A stretch of DNA of 64,000 nucleotides from Candidatus Peribacteria bacterium (GTDB taxonomy: Bacteria; Patescibacteriota; Gracilibacteria; UBA1369; LOWO2-01-FULL-3): assembly GCA_943358175.1 (NCBI GenBank), contig CALRGV010000004.1, positions 40,514 to 104,513 of the forward strand, written 5' to 3'. The translations under genes and the position numbers were made by a program. Shown in pieces: positions 1 to 9,958 of this stretch; the stretch's first letter is position 1, and each line of letters begins with the position of its first letter. Under the pieces are notes generated by a model. The model made no database searches. It was not told the DNA's origin and was given only the letters and a program-made list of their open reading frames with translations.

Positions 1-2015
1 TCCTCTTCTTCCTCTTCTTCCTCAATATCAAAAGCCAGTTTGTCCTGCATATCCATAGCGGCAACACGATTTGGTTGGTTAATTAGTTGCCATTTTCCAT
101 TAGAGGTCGGCCGAGTGGCCGGAGCATTCATAATAAATCCGTCCCTCACCATAGCGGCAAGTTCGAGAGGTTGAAGAATTTTTCTGCCGTCTGCGTCCCC
201 TGCTTCCCAGGCGCTGCCGGATCTTTGGGTAAAAGCAAAATCGCTGGAGACTCCGGCTGCAAGTAAATTTTCGACGGTGGCGTTACCATTTTTGAAATGA
301 TTTTTTGATTCCTGGAGAACGTAATTATCACTGCCGTTGGCGGCTTTTTCTCTTTTTAGCTTACCCCAGCGAAGCGAATCGTTTTGGTCGCGGAAAAGCA
401 CTTCCTTTTCTTCTCCCGGGTTAGGAAGATCTACTTTTGGCATTCCGCCCTTGGTGAGGCGCGCGTAGCGTTCTTGAGATTTCGTACCGGACCCACTCAT
501 GAAATCTGCACTCTTTTTCTCTTCGCGAGCTCTGGCTTTATCACAAATCTCTGCTGTTTCATCAAGGTGAACATTCCTTTGGTAATTGTGCTGTTTGAGA
601 AATTTGGCAAATTCGCCGAAACTAAATTCGCGTTGTTTGCGATCAAAATAGAGAGAGTTATCCACGGCAAATTGGATCGATCGGCGTGGAGTTTTCGTAA
701 CTGTTTGGTCGAGAGTGACACTCTTTTTACCTGCATCCAGGCCCTCGATTTTAAAACTATGTTTTTCTCTGATTTCCTTGCCTTCATCATCGAAACCAAC
801 GAGTACATCGGCCATAAATTCTTGACCGACCATGATGCTGGCATAGCCTAATTCTTCAGCGGATCTTTCGTTTAAATCATCGAGAGAATCAATCTCTTCA
901 TAGCCCTCAAAAGCGGTGAGTAATTGGAGGAAATTTTTGTAACCTTCCACTTTTGCGATGCCGTTTTCATCTTTATATTCGATAATCAATTCTCCCGCGG
1001 CATCCGGCTCTATACCGGTACGATCATCCGTCGCAAAGCTGAGACCAGTAATGGTTATATAGCTTTCCTTCTTTTTGGCAGCACCACTGATGGGATCTAT
1101 TTCCATACCGCTCAATTTCAGAGAAGCTTTGCCGCCGGCTAAATCAAGACACCACATGCGAATTCTTTCGGCAGTTCGGACATCTACGCCGGCACGCTTG
1201 AAAAAAAATTCTAAGGCGCGATATCTGGCTAAATTTCTGGCGAGATAATTCTGATATTCCAGACGAGGCTTTTTCAATTCCCGCTGCATTTCCTCGAATT
1301 TATCATCGAGACGGTCGAGCTCATGATTGAGCCGTTCGAGCAGATTTTCGTCCGGTTTTGCCGCGGCTTTCGCCAGACGTAATTGTCTATCAACTTCATT
1401 GGATTTTTCGGCGAGTTCGGCTTGGGCTATTTCCAGTCTATCGAGTTCTTCGATGAGTTTTTCCGGAACGACTTCCGTTTTCCAATTGCTTGGGGTGGTC
1501 TCTGAAGCTTTATCCACCATACTTTTGATTCCGGCGGTTTCGGTGATGGTTTTCGCGGCGCCTGATGTTTCATTAATGGCTTGCTGCTCGAGATCCTCTT
1601 CGCGGAGATCGCTGAACTTTTTTAGGGCGTCTTTTTCTTTACGATCAGTGAGGGCGCCGGTACTTTCTTCGCTTAAATTTTTGAATAAATCCTGAGCGTA
1701 CTCTTTTTCCTTTTCCGTACCTTCCAGGGCCTGAAGGAAACGCATTGCATACTTGGCTTTGTTTGGAAATTTTCCTTGGCCCAAAGCCTTCATGAAGTGT
1801 TGATATTCTTTCTTCTCCATCTTGTTCGGATCGCGCAAAGTATCGCGGATTTTTTTCAAAACTTCCGGCTCTATTTTGCCGTCACGGGCGAGCTTTGCGA
1901 TTTTTTGGGCATGGGTAGTTGGCTCCATTTGCTCGAGTTCTTTGAGATAGGCGATGTACTCTGGTGAGTAACGATCCTGAGTGGGGGCCTTGATGTTTTT
2001 TCTTGGTGTTTTCAT
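1..2015 (-). CDS. Large hypothetical protein with coiled-coil segment, 3'-truncated by the window edge (>670 aa)
   Basis: Not in the ORF track because it has no stop in the window. Manual translation from ATG at 2015 (MKTPRKNIKAPTQDRYSPEY...LIEELDRLEIAQAELAEKSNEVDRQLRL...DKLAFDIEEEEEEE) stays open to the edge. It is co-oriented with the upstream operon. Confidence 0.85.
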   Translation of the reverse strand, partial: MKTPRKNIKAPTQDRYSPEYIAYLKELEQMEPTTHAQKIAKLARDGKIEPEVLKKIRDTLRDPNKMEKKEYQHFMKALGQGKFPNKAKYAMRFLQALEGTEKEKEYAQDLFKNLSEESTGALTDRKEKDALKKFSDLREEDLEQQAINETSGAAKTITETAGIKSMVDKASETTPSNWKTEVVPEKLIEELDRLEIAQAELAEKSNEVDRQLRLAKAAAKPDENLLERLNHELDRLDDKFEEMQRELKKPRLEYQNYLARNLARYRALEFFFKRAGVDVRTAERIRMWCLDLAGGKASLKLSGMEIDPISGAAKKKESYITITGLSFATDDRTGIEPDAAGELIIEYKDENGIAKVEGYKNFLQLLTAFEGYEEIDSLDDLNERSAEELGYASIMVGQEFMADVLVGFDDEGKEIREKHSFKIEGLDAGKKSVTLDQTVTKTPRRSIQFAVDNSLYFDRKQREFSFGEFAKFLKQHNYQRNVHLDETAEICDKARAREEKKSADFMSGSGTKSQERYARLTKGGMPKVDLPNPGEEKEVLFRDQNDSLRWGKLKREKAANGSDNYVLQESKNHFKNGNATVENLLAAGVSSDFAFTQRSGSAWEAGDADGRKILQPLELAAMVRDGFIMNAPATRPTSNGKWQLINQPNRVAAMDMQDKLAFDIEEEEEEE

Positions 2016-2067
2016 AAATTATTTCATCGTAGTACTATTGTCGTTTTTGCGCAAGTGGTTGAGGAAA

Positions 2068-4641
2068 TTATGGGGTTCTGGTGGGTGGTGTGGCAGCGGG
2101 TGGCGTAGTGCCTGGCGCTGGGGCTGCGGGTGGAGGTGTAGGCGGTTTCAAAGCCTCATTAAATTTCGCCTCTCCTCCGCACTCTTTTACGACCGCGTCA
2201 TATGCTTTTTGGCCACCAAATATTTCAATCAATTCTTTTTTAGTTGGAACCGACCCTCTGGCTTCAGTGAACTTTTGTCCAATGTTGGTGACTTGTTTTT
2301 TAATATCAGCAGTTTTTTTAGTTATTTCCGCGGTATCTGTCGGTGTCTTTCTCATTTCAACATCAATGGCGGTTTTGCTTTCATTGACTGCGTTAATTCT
2401 GAGCTGATTCGCCGTGTCGGAGTCTCCTTTCTTTTTCAAGGCCGTAGCTGCTGGGCTGCCCTCCTTAATTCCTGCCGGGCCTGATGGTGGCGGGGTTTTC
2501 GGAGGTGTGCCGGGTGGAGTGGTGCCAGGTAATTCGCCTGAGGATTTGTGGACCAAATCGTTTTTATTAATTTCTTCCGCTGCTCCTTTCCAAGCCTTCT
2601 CGTCTGGACCTGCCAATAACTTCATGTTTTTTAACAAGCTCTTTTGCTCCGTTGAACCACCCTCCAGCTTACTGATTGTTTGCCTATTACTACTATCCTT
2701 TAACCATTTTCCCATGGATTCACGATAACTTTTACTTGTCAGATCTTTGTTTCCATCTTTGGCATTCTTAAGCCAATTTGTAAGACCGGCCTGATCATGC
2801 ATATCCCGAAGATTCTCATCAGTGGCGGTTTTTTTGTTTCCGGCATTTGTTGCCAATTTATTGTCATCTGATCTGCCAATGTTTTCAATATAGTGACCCA
2901 ATTGGGAGAAGGTGTAGTGGTCGTGTGGATGATCCGGTAAGGCGATTGGAATGACCGGCATGTGCTTCAATGGTATGCTGCCAAGGAATTTTCCTGCTGT
3001 TTCGACGTGTCCTTTTATCCAATCCGTAGCACCCTCGGCGATAGTACCCTTTGCGGCGGAGAACACTCCAATCCAGACTACGGCGATTACACCAAGGGCC
3101 ACCATAAAGTCCTGAAGAGTATCAAAACCGGCTATAGGCACACCGTTACTTGGATTCAGCTTGAAGGCTGTCTCAGAACCGATTTCCAATCCCTGCACGG
3201 CTTTCAACATGATCCAGCCTACGGTCAATGATAGGGATATGAGCAGAGGCGCGATGGCATTCTTGGTGAATTTGTCGGCAAGTTCGCCAAAACCACCCAT
3301 CTTTTCCTTTACCTGAGATGAGGCCATCATGAGTAATAAAATTGGCGAGACGGCAATACACAGCCACATCACGACTAATCTTCCGAGCAATACTATGAAA
3401 AGGGCAATAAATGAAACGCAGTAAATCACATACAAAATCATGGAGAATAAAGCGTTGGTAAAAAGTTTTTCGAAGCCAGCATCAAGAGTCATGGATTTCG
3501 TATCGACTTCGTTGTAGAAGACGATTTTTCCCATGTTTAAGGCGAGAGCAAAAGCGGCATTGCGGGAATTGTAATGTTGGAGAAAGATTACGCCCTGGTC
3601 GTTGAGTTCTTTGCCGGTGCAGAGGTCTTGATTCTGTGCGTTGGCTAATTTTTTTTCAAAATTCGCTTTGTCCGCCTCATTAAGTATGGTTACTTTTTTC
3701 TTTATATCATCTATGGAATCAGTGTCTGTAATCGGTGAACCTTTTTCCAGAATTATGGCTGTGTTAAAACTTTTACCCACCATTCGATAAATCTCCAATT
3801 CCTTGGCCTTAATCATAACCACATCCACTTTCTCCTTAAATTGAGAAAAAGGAGTGCCTTCAAAGGCGGCACAAAGTCTGGCTTGCTGATCTTTAGGAAT
3901 GCTGCTGTCGCTCAGTCCTTGACTCACCTGATCCGGCAGCGCAAAAACGGCGGTGGTCATGACGTTGATACCATCGAGTACCACCTTTATAGCTAAAAAT
4001 GAGAAATTTACAGCGATAATACCGATGACAATTTTTGGCAACATGGCTTTAATTGAGGTGGTGTCTTCACTGAGACCGAGGACGTTGTAAAGGGCGAGAC
4101 CTACGAGGACCACGACAAATAAAATATTCACCAAATTACGAATTGGAATCCAGATATCACGTAATTTCTCTTCCATGCCGTTGCCGAAAAGCAGGTCATT
4201 GCCCATCAAACTTCCGGTCATTACCAATACCGGCCAAATCAATCTATTCAAAGTCTTCTGTACGCCGGCGATAATAAAAATACCGTTGGTGATGGCTTTG
4301 TTGTCTATTTGAGTGGTAGATATTGCGTCTTGAGCACAATAGAGGACGCCCTCTTTAGGAGTAGCAGTTGCTGAGGCCACAACGCTGTTAGTTTTATCCA
4401 CATGAAAACCGGTGGTGCATAGGGCCTTCTCCTTCTCTTCTCCTTTATATCCATTTATAAAACAACTGCCTCCGGTAGGAGCTGGTGTAAGACCTGCCGG
4501 ACAGGTAATTCCCGGGCTTGCCTTAGGCTTTTCCGCTTCCGCGTAGGCCACACGAGCCGCACCGACGTTTGCAAGCAGAACCAATGGTAGTATGAGACCA
4601 CAGATTATTCGGGAAACTATTTTTTGTTTTTGTTTGTTCAT
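2068..4641 (-). CDS. Multi-pass membrane protein, VirB6/TrbL-like type IV secretion component of the CPR type, with Pro-rich C-terminal tail
   Basis: 857 aa. It has a signal-like N-terminus, a Cys-rich exported segment, TM blocks (IRNLVNILFVVVLVGLALYNVLG...LPKIVIGIIAVNFSFLAIKVVLD; LLGRLVVMWLCIAVSPILLL) resembling CPR VirB6-like proteins, and a PPGTPP/PAAP tail. Confidence 0.6.
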   Translation of the reverse strand: MNKQKQKIVSRIICGLILPLVLLANVGAARVAYAEAEKPKASPGITCPAGLTPAPTGGSCFINGYKGEEKEKALCTTGFHVDKTNSVVASATATPKEGVLYCAQDAISTTQIDNKAITNGIFIIAGVQKTLNRLIWPVLVMTGSLMGNDLLFGNGMEEKLRDIWIPIRNLVNILFVVVLVGLALYNVLGLSEDTTSIKAMLPKIVIGIIAVNFSFLAIKVVLDGINVMTTAVFALPDQVSQGLSDSSIPKDQQARLCAAFEGTPFSQFKEKVDVVMIKAKELEIYRMVGKSFNTAIILEKGSPITDTDSIDDIKKKVTILNEADKANFEKKLANAQNQDLCTGKELNDQGVIFLQHYNSRNAAFALALNMGKIVFYNEVDTKSMTLDAGFEKLFTNALFSMILYVIYCVSFIALFIVLLGRLVVMWLCIAVSPILLLMMASSQVKEKMGGFGELADKFTKNAIAPLLISLSLTVGWIMLKAVQGLEIGSETAFKLNPSNGVPIAGFDTLQDFMVALGVIAVVWIGVFSAAKGTIAEGATDWIKGHVETAGKFLGSIPLKHMPVIPIALPDHPHDHYTFSQLGHYIENIGRSDDNKLATNAGNKKTATDENLRDMHDQAGLTNWLKNAKDGNKDLTSKSYRESMGKWLKDSSNRQTISKLEGGSTEQKSLLKNMKLLAGPDEKAWKGAAEEINKNDLVHKSSGELPGTTPPGTPPKTPPPSGPAGIKEGSPAATALKKKGDSDTANQLRINAVNESKTAIDVEMRKTPTDTAEITKKTADIKKQVTNIGQKFTEARGSVPTKKELIEIFGGQKAYDAVVKECGGEAKFNEALKPPTPPPAAPAPGTTPPAATPPTRTP

Positions 4642-4642
4642 T

Positions 4643-6013
4643 TTATTTTAGAAACAGTTGAATGATGGTGGATGCGTGATAAATCGCAAAGGTGGCGGCT
4701 TCAGCTGAGTCGCCGGAAGCGGAAAAAAGCGCAAGAAATGTGCCTCCCCCTACTCCGACACCGGCCAATTTTGCCAATTTGCCGGCCAAAGAGCCTTTGT
4801 CTTGGCTTCCCCTGCGTTGACGAGAGGACTGCTCACTACGAGAGGATTGGTTGTTGCCTTGGGCCGGTTGGTCCGGTTGGGCTGTCTGGGTAGGCGTAGC
4901 TTGTCTATTTCTGGTCGATTGTTTTGGATCATTAATTCTTTGTATGGTTGAATTTTTGCTAGTAGGCTGACGTAAGATTTCTCCGTTTTTTCCGGAACGT
5001 CTTTGCACTCTTTTAGCGCTGCGTGGAGCGGTGGTCGATGCTGATGTAAGTCTAGTCTGTGGCAATGATATTCTACCCGAAGTTTCCCCAAGGGATGCTT
5101 CGGCTTCGCTATCACCGGTGAAACTTTGGGTGGAAGATGCGGGATGGGAACTTGCGTGAATTCGAGATGTATCCGGAATTCGAGAAATATTAGGTATCTG
5201 AATTTTTCCCGGAATTGTGATTGGGGCCGGAGCTGGCTCCGGAATTACCGAATTCAGCTTTTGAGTTTCTGATTGAGGTAGCTTATCTTTCGGTTCTTCG
5301 GCTGGGATTTCTACTGATTTCTCGGCAGATTTTTCGGTCGCTTCTCTAGAAATTTCCTTCTTAGTTTCTGTTTCAGACTTAGAGTCTATTTTTAAATTGG
5401 TGGCATCAGAAGCAAGTTTAGCTTCAGTTGAATTGGTTTCACGAGTTTCGCCATCAGTTTTCGGTTCAATTTTCTGAGTTGGTGCCGGGGTGGAATTGAC
5501 GGGCGTGGATTTTGCCGGAGTCGGAGTCGGAGTTGCAATCGTAGCCGTGGTTGGAGTCGGAGTTGTAACAGTAGCAGTAGCAGCCTGAAGCGGCGCAAGT
5601 GAAAGCGCCCCCAACATTGCCTTGTCATAGTTCACGACAGTCAATCCTTCGTCGTCCATTATTATGTCCAATTTATTAATCTCATTGGCCAGCTTCAGTA
5701 AAATATTATTTTGAACTGTTTCCTTCTGTAAAATTGGTAGTCCTTTTACCATGGCAATCAGATCTTTGTTTCCTTCTTTATCTTCTCTTTCCAAAAAATT
5801 AATGAATTTGTCTTTGTTGATAGCATAGTAAGCAAGTTCCGCTCTGTTTTCATTGTTTTTGTTTTCACCATCAATCCAATCGGCAAAAAGCTTGAAGCCT
5901 CTGTGATCGCTTCCCGCTCCACCAAAAAGCCCTTCTTTACCAAAAAGCTCACCGTTGATATCGGTTTTTACTATTTCGTATAGTCCTCTATATTTTTCGA
6001 GATTTTCAGCCAT
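4643..6013 (-). CDS. Hypothetical protein with long disordered Thr/Pro/Glu/Ser-rich region and C-terminal hydrophobic anchor
   Basis: 456-aa ORF with 1-nt spacing to both neighbours; C-terminus LAKLAGVGVGGGTFLALFS... Confidence 0.8.
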   Translation of the reverse strand: MAENLEKYRGLYEIVKTDINGELFGKEGLFGGAGSDHRGFKLFADWIDGENKNNENRAELAYYAINKDKFINFLEREDKEGNKDLIAMVKGLPILQKETVQNNILLKLANEINKLDIIMDDEGLTVVNYDKAMLGALSLAPLQAATATVTTPTPTTATIATPTPTPAKSTPVNSTPAPTQKIEPKTDGETRETNSTEAKLASDATNLKIDSKSETETKKEISREATEKSAEKSVEIPAEEPKDKLPQSETQKLNSVIPEPAPAPITIPGKIQIPNISRIPDTSRIHASSHPASSTQSFTGDSEAEASLGETSGRISLPQTRLTSASTTAPRSAKRVQRRSGKNGEILRQPTSKNSTIQRINDPKQSTRNRQATPTQTAQPDQPAQGNNQSSRSEQSSRQRRGSQDKGSLAGKLAKLAGVGVGGGTFLALFSASGDSAEAATFAIYHASTIIQLFLK

Positions 6014-6014
6014 T

Positions 6015-7532
6015 TTATTTTGGTTCCTTTAAATGTTTTTCATATTCATCCTTGGCGTTTTTGCCGCCAATGTTCAAAGTGTCAAAAATTTTAGCAAAAC
6101 TCATAATCTCTTCCGGCTTTATTTTGTCGAAAGCCAGTTTGAGAGCTGCATAATCGACATTATCATCATCACCCTTTCCAATTTTTTTCCTTTCTATCAT
6201 TCCTTCCAAATATTTTCCGAACTGCGAAGGAATGATATTGCCTGCGGCTTTGTCGATGTCACCACCACCTATTTTGCTTTTATTGATTGAAACAAAATCA
6301 AAAAACACTCTCGCGCCGGCAAAGTCCCCCGCTCTGAAAAAGCTATCCCACTTAGTCCATTTACCATTTCCTTTTTTCTCTTTTCTGAGCTTCACGGCAG
6401 CTTCTTCCTGATCCTTATTGCCATATAATAGTTGATCGAAAGTTTTTTTACTTTCAAAAACCGTTACGGCTGTCAATAGGCCGAGCGCGCCGAGAGATTG
6501 AGGATTGGTTACACGTTTTACCGCTTTGCCAAAACCTTGAAATTTGCCTCCCTGCCAAGCTCCGGTCATAAAATTACCGATGACGGTGGCACCGGCACCC
6601 AGTTTTACAAAAAGTAGGATGGCATTGCGTATAGTAATCATTTTGCCGGCGGCATTTTCCGTACCATATGGCGTGATACCCAATGCGGCAGCCTGTTTTT
6701 TGAAATCATTCTGAGCCGCCCAATTTATTTGCTGATCTTTGACGTCCTGTTCGGTGTATTTCTTCGTCGGATTCAATTCCTTCATTTCCTCTCCGCTGAA
6801 TACACCCATGGCGTTACCACGCTGCAAAAATTCTTCCACTTTGGCGGCTGGTTTTCCTTTGAGGTAGGCCTTGGTAATAGCAATTTTCGGATCTTTTTCC
6901 ATAAAGGAAAGAATACTCCAGACGAAAGGCATGAGGTCGCTATTTGGCTTATCAAAGTCTGATTTTAGATATTTCAAAATTGTTTTTTCAGCTTTTGGCT
7001 GAGCACCCGCAGTGAGGGAAGAACTTTCGCCAGTATGTCCCAGTGAAAACAACATCGCGTCCACGAGATCGTCATATTTTCCATCTTTATTTAAAATTAA
7101 TAAATCGGCAGCACGACTGGCTTTGCGATTTTGATCACTGACCATTCTGGAGACTGCCTCGGCATTGAGACCACCTTCGGAGGCCATTTTTTTGATATAA
7201 AAGATTGCTGTATCTACAGCCGCTTTACGACGTTTTTCATGTTTAGTCATAATATCTTCACTCAGGAGTTTGTCCTTGGCATCCAGCATATCTTGCCAAA
7301 TTTCTTCTCCCAATTTTTTCAATGGTAGGGTTAAAACACTCAGTAAATTTGCCGCCTGATAATCAGCCATCGGTGTACGAATTTTTCTTGCTTCTGTGTC
7401 ATAAGCAGCTTCGATCTCCTTCATTGATTTTTCTGTACGATCCTGCTGATCTAAAATCTGAACTTTGGTATCAGCATATTTCGGGTCGTTAACCTTTTTA
7501 AGAGGGTCCGGTTTTTCCGCTGGATTACTCAT
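6015..7532 (-). CDS. Hypothetical protein with two hydrophobic/Gly-rich segments
   Basis: 505-aa ORF tightly coupled in the operon. Confidence 0.8.
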   Translation of the reverse strand: MSNPAEKPDPLKKVNDPKYADTKVQILDQQDRTEKSMKEIEAAYDTEARKIRTPMADYQAANLLSVLTLPLKKLGEEIWQDMLDAKDKLLSEDIMTKHEKRRKAAVDTAIFYIKKMASEGGLNAEAVSRMVSDQNRKASRAADLLILNKDGKYDDLVDAMLFSLGHTGESSSLTAGAQPKAEKTILKYLKSDFDKPNSDLMPFVWSILSFMEKDPKIAITKAYLKGKPAAKVEEFLQRGNAMGVFSGEEMKELNPTKKYTEQDVKDQQINWAAQNDFKKQAAALGITPYGTENAAGKMITIRNAILLFVKLGAGATVIGNFMTGAWQGGKFQGFGKAVKRVTNPQSLGALGLLTAVTVFESKKTFDQLLYGNKDQEEAAVKLRKEKKGNGKWTKWDSFFRAGDFAGARVFFDFVSINKSKIGGGDIDKAAGNIIPSQFGKYLEGMIERKKIGKGDDDNVDYAALKLAFDKIKPEEIMSFAKIFDTLNIGGKNAKDEYEKHLKEPK

Positions 7533-7534
7533 AT

Positions 7535-8089
7535 TTAAATCTTAAATAATTTTAAAAGTATATCGCTTAGTTTTTCTGTCTGACCTTCGAGTTCGGGAAT
7601 TTTTGTCATCAAAAAGTCACGCACTTCCGCGGGAGACTGATTGCCAAGCTGAATTGTAATATCGTCAATTACCTTACCGTTTACACGAATATTCATGGTC
7701 TGCACGTATGGTGGATCGTATAAAATCCAAAAAGCCCTGATCTGGCTATAGGAATATTTGCGATAACCGACTCGAATTCCAATATCGGAAATTTTGATCT
7801 CCACCGCACGTGGATGCTCCAAATGGACCAGGCTATAAGTGACGGCCAAAGCCGCTACGGCAAGAGAAAAAGTCCAGGCGTCATAATAAATTCCGCCAAC
7901 GATGGCTAAGAGAATTACTATTCCCATTACTACTTTCCAGATCGTTCCGCGCTGATGATAAACGGCTTCGTAAGCAATCCAGGAAATATGAGCTTCGTCA
8001 TAAGCGGAAGGAGTATTCCTGATCTGCTCGAGCTGACGGGCTCTTTTCAATCTGTGCTCCTGATATTTTGTTTTTATTTTGTGAAGCAT
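7535..8089 (-). CDS. Conserved CPR-type membrane protein (2 TM plus PH-like domain; DUF5673-like)
   Basis: ISWIAYE..HQRG..W, two TMs, then EIKISDIGIRVG.RKYSYSQIRAFWI pattern. Confidence 0.7.
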   Translation of the reverse strand: MLHKIKTKYQEHRLKRARQLEQIRNTPSAYDEAHISWIAYEAVYHQRGTIWKVVMGIVILLAIVGGIYYDAWTFSLAVAALAVTYSLVHLEHPRAVEIKISDIGIRVGYRKYSYSQIRAFWILYDPPYVQTMNIRVNGKVIDDITIQLGNQSPAEVRDFLMTKIPELEGQTEKLSDILLKLFKI

Positions 8090-8110
8090 TGGGTGGGACT
8101 TATTTTATAA

Positions 8111-8177
8111 GCTTGCTGCGCTCAACAGTGGCAAAGCCACATGTTTCGCTTGCTGCGCGCTCGGACCGTGTCCTCGC
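8111..8177. repeat. Structured intergenic repeat, family B copy 1
   Basis: Aligns with 29907-29974; core GTGGCAAAGCCAC hairpin with compensatory stem changes. Confidence 0.8.
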
Positions 8178-8202
8178 TTTTTGTATCTAGTAACTATAGC
8201 AT

Positions 8203-8228
8203 AAAAAGACCCTCTTTTGAAGGGTCTT
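8203..8228 (-). terminator. Rho-independent terminator of rpsF-ssb-rpsR
   Basis: AGACCCT-loop-AGGGTCT stem followed by a T-run on the minus strand, downstream of the rpsR stop. Confidence 0.7.
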
Positions 8229-8263
8229 GGTACAAATCGATGGACAAACTCTTGAAAGATTTT

Positions 8264-8476
8264 CTACTTCGTATGTGGGACTAGGGCCATGAAACGAGCG
8301 TTTTTGATAGCCTGAGCTATTCTTTTTTGGTGTTTCATGCAATTTCCGTTGTAGTATCTTGGAACAATTTTGAAGTACTGAGTGGTGTATTTGCGCAAAA
8401 TTGTAAGATTTTTGTAATCAATTTCATTCATCTGATCAATACAGCATTGGCATTTTCTTCCTTTATAACTTGGCAT
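8264..8476 (-). CDS. rpsR: 30S ribosomal protein S18
   Basis: IDYKN...L.KY......IVPR...G.C.KHQ..IA.AIK.AR.MAL motif; rpsF-ssb-rpsR order. Confidence 0.97.
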   Translation of the reverse strand: MPSYKGRKCQCCIDQMNEIDYKNLTILRKYTTQYFKIVPRYYNGNCMKHQKRIAQAIKNARFMALVPHTK

Positions 8477-8514
8477 AAATTTTCAATTATTAATTATTAA
8501 TTATCAATGTACAA

Positions 8515-8955
8515 TTAGAACATATTCTCACCTGTACTGGCCTCACCTTCATCCGGGTAGGAGTCGATACCTGCAGCATTCGGTTCGGATTGAGGAGTGG
8601 CTTCCGGTGTGTGGTCATCACCGCTACGTTTTTCCAGCATAATCATATCTTGTAGAACAATTTCTGTGCGGAATCGTTTTTCACCATTATCACCTTCCCA
8701 ACTTCTGGTTTTCAAATAACCTTCCAGGTAAACCAATTTACCTTTTCTGAGATACTGATGGCAAATTTCGGCCAAACGAGCCCAAGCCACCACTTCATGA
8801 AATTCCGTAGACTTCTTTTTCTCCTGAGCGGTTGTCACCCACTCTCTGTTTGTGGCGATGCCAAATGTAGCAACAGCCTGACCACTTTGAGTTTGTTTCA
8901 ATTCAGGATCGCGAGTCAAATTGCCGATAATAATTACTTTATTTACTGATCTCAT
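8515..8955 (-). CDS. ssb: Single-stranded DNA-binding protein
   Basis: VNKVIIIGNLTRDPELK...ATNREW...TEFH.VVAW..LAE...YL.KG.LVY.EG.L.TRSW; acidic tail. Confidence 0.97.
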   Translation of the reverse strand: MRSVNKVIIIGNLTRDPELKQTQSGQAVATFGIATNREWVTTAQEKKKSTEFHEVVAWARLAEICHQYLRKGKLVYLEGYLKTRSWEGDNGEKRFRTEIVLQDMIMLEKRSGDDHTPEATPQSEPNAAGIDSYPDEGEASTGENMF

Positions 8956-8965
8956 AGTTTGGGAA

Positions 8966-9607
8966 TTATAGGGTTATATCCGGATCGTCGATAATACTTT
9001 TCAATTTAGCATCAACTTCTTCGAGGTTGATCTTTGAAGGAGCCGCTTTCTCAACTTTTTTTATCTTTTTCTCAACCGCTTCTACTTTTGGGGCCTCTGC
9101 TTTAGCGCCTCGCGGCGTGCTCTGCTGAGCATCTACTTTTTTTGGAGCAGGCGCGGGAACTGGAGCAGGTGCAGGACTCTTTGCCTCAGGTTTTGCCATT
9201 CTTGGCTTAGGACCGGATTGAGTTTTCTTGGCTTCCTTTTCTTTCTTGGCTTCTTCTTTGGCAACTTTTGCTTTTTCTTCCTCGTCCTGATATTCAGCAA
9301 AAGTTCTGAAAAGATATTTTTCAGGTGTTTTCACAATAAGAGAACGAATCACAATAGGATTGAGAACCAAACTTCTCTGCATTTCCGCTATTTTGGCAGC
9401 ATCAATTGAAAAGCTCAGGACATAATAAAATCCCTGATCCTGTTTTTTGATGCGGAAAGATAGATCTCGGATACCCCAAGTATCTTCCTGTATTACAGCT
9501 CCCCCACTGGAGGAAATGTGTTTTCTGAGCTCATCGAGCTCCTTATTAATGGAGGCCTCTCCAATGTCGTGGAGGAAAATCACCATTAATTCATAATTCT
9601 GTACCAT
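8966..9607 (-). CDS. rpsF: 30S ribosomal protein S6 with long charged C-terminal extension
   Basis: YELMVI...WG.R.L.F.IKK...GFY S6 core plus a ~115-aa K/E/A/P tail. Confidence 0.95.
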   Translation of the reverse strand: MVQNYELMVIFLHDIGEASINKELDELRKHISSSGGAVIQEDTWGIRDLSFRIKKQDQGFYYVLSFSIDAAKIAEMQRSLVLNPIVIRSLIVKTPEKYLFRTFAEYQDEEEKAKVAKEEAKKEKEAKKTQSGPKPRMAKPEAKSPAPAPVPAPAPKKVDAQQSTPRGAKAEAPKVEAVEKKIKKVEKAAPSKINLEEVDAKLKSIIDDPDITL

Positions 9608-9958
9608 AATTTTCTTTGGATTAAGATCTAAAAGTGGAGCGTAACGCTCCTGGATCTAAGCTCTGTTTAAAGCAACAGAGCAGAAATTGCAGACGGACAT
9701 TAACAAAGAGGTCCTTTTTTTGCAATAGATAAAGACAATGTTTTGGTTAAAAGGTCAAGTTCTTATTTTTTTTGCATACTGATAGGCGTGGATTAACCAA
9801 TGCTGATTTCTTGGCTTACAAAAGCTATCTTTCGTTATCACTCTTGACTTAAATACTTTATTTTGGCAATATGAATCACGATTTGTCAATGTATGGGGCT
9901 TGATAGAGCCACCTGTTTCGAGAGATACTTAAGAGAGTTAGTGGCTAAAAATAATCTT

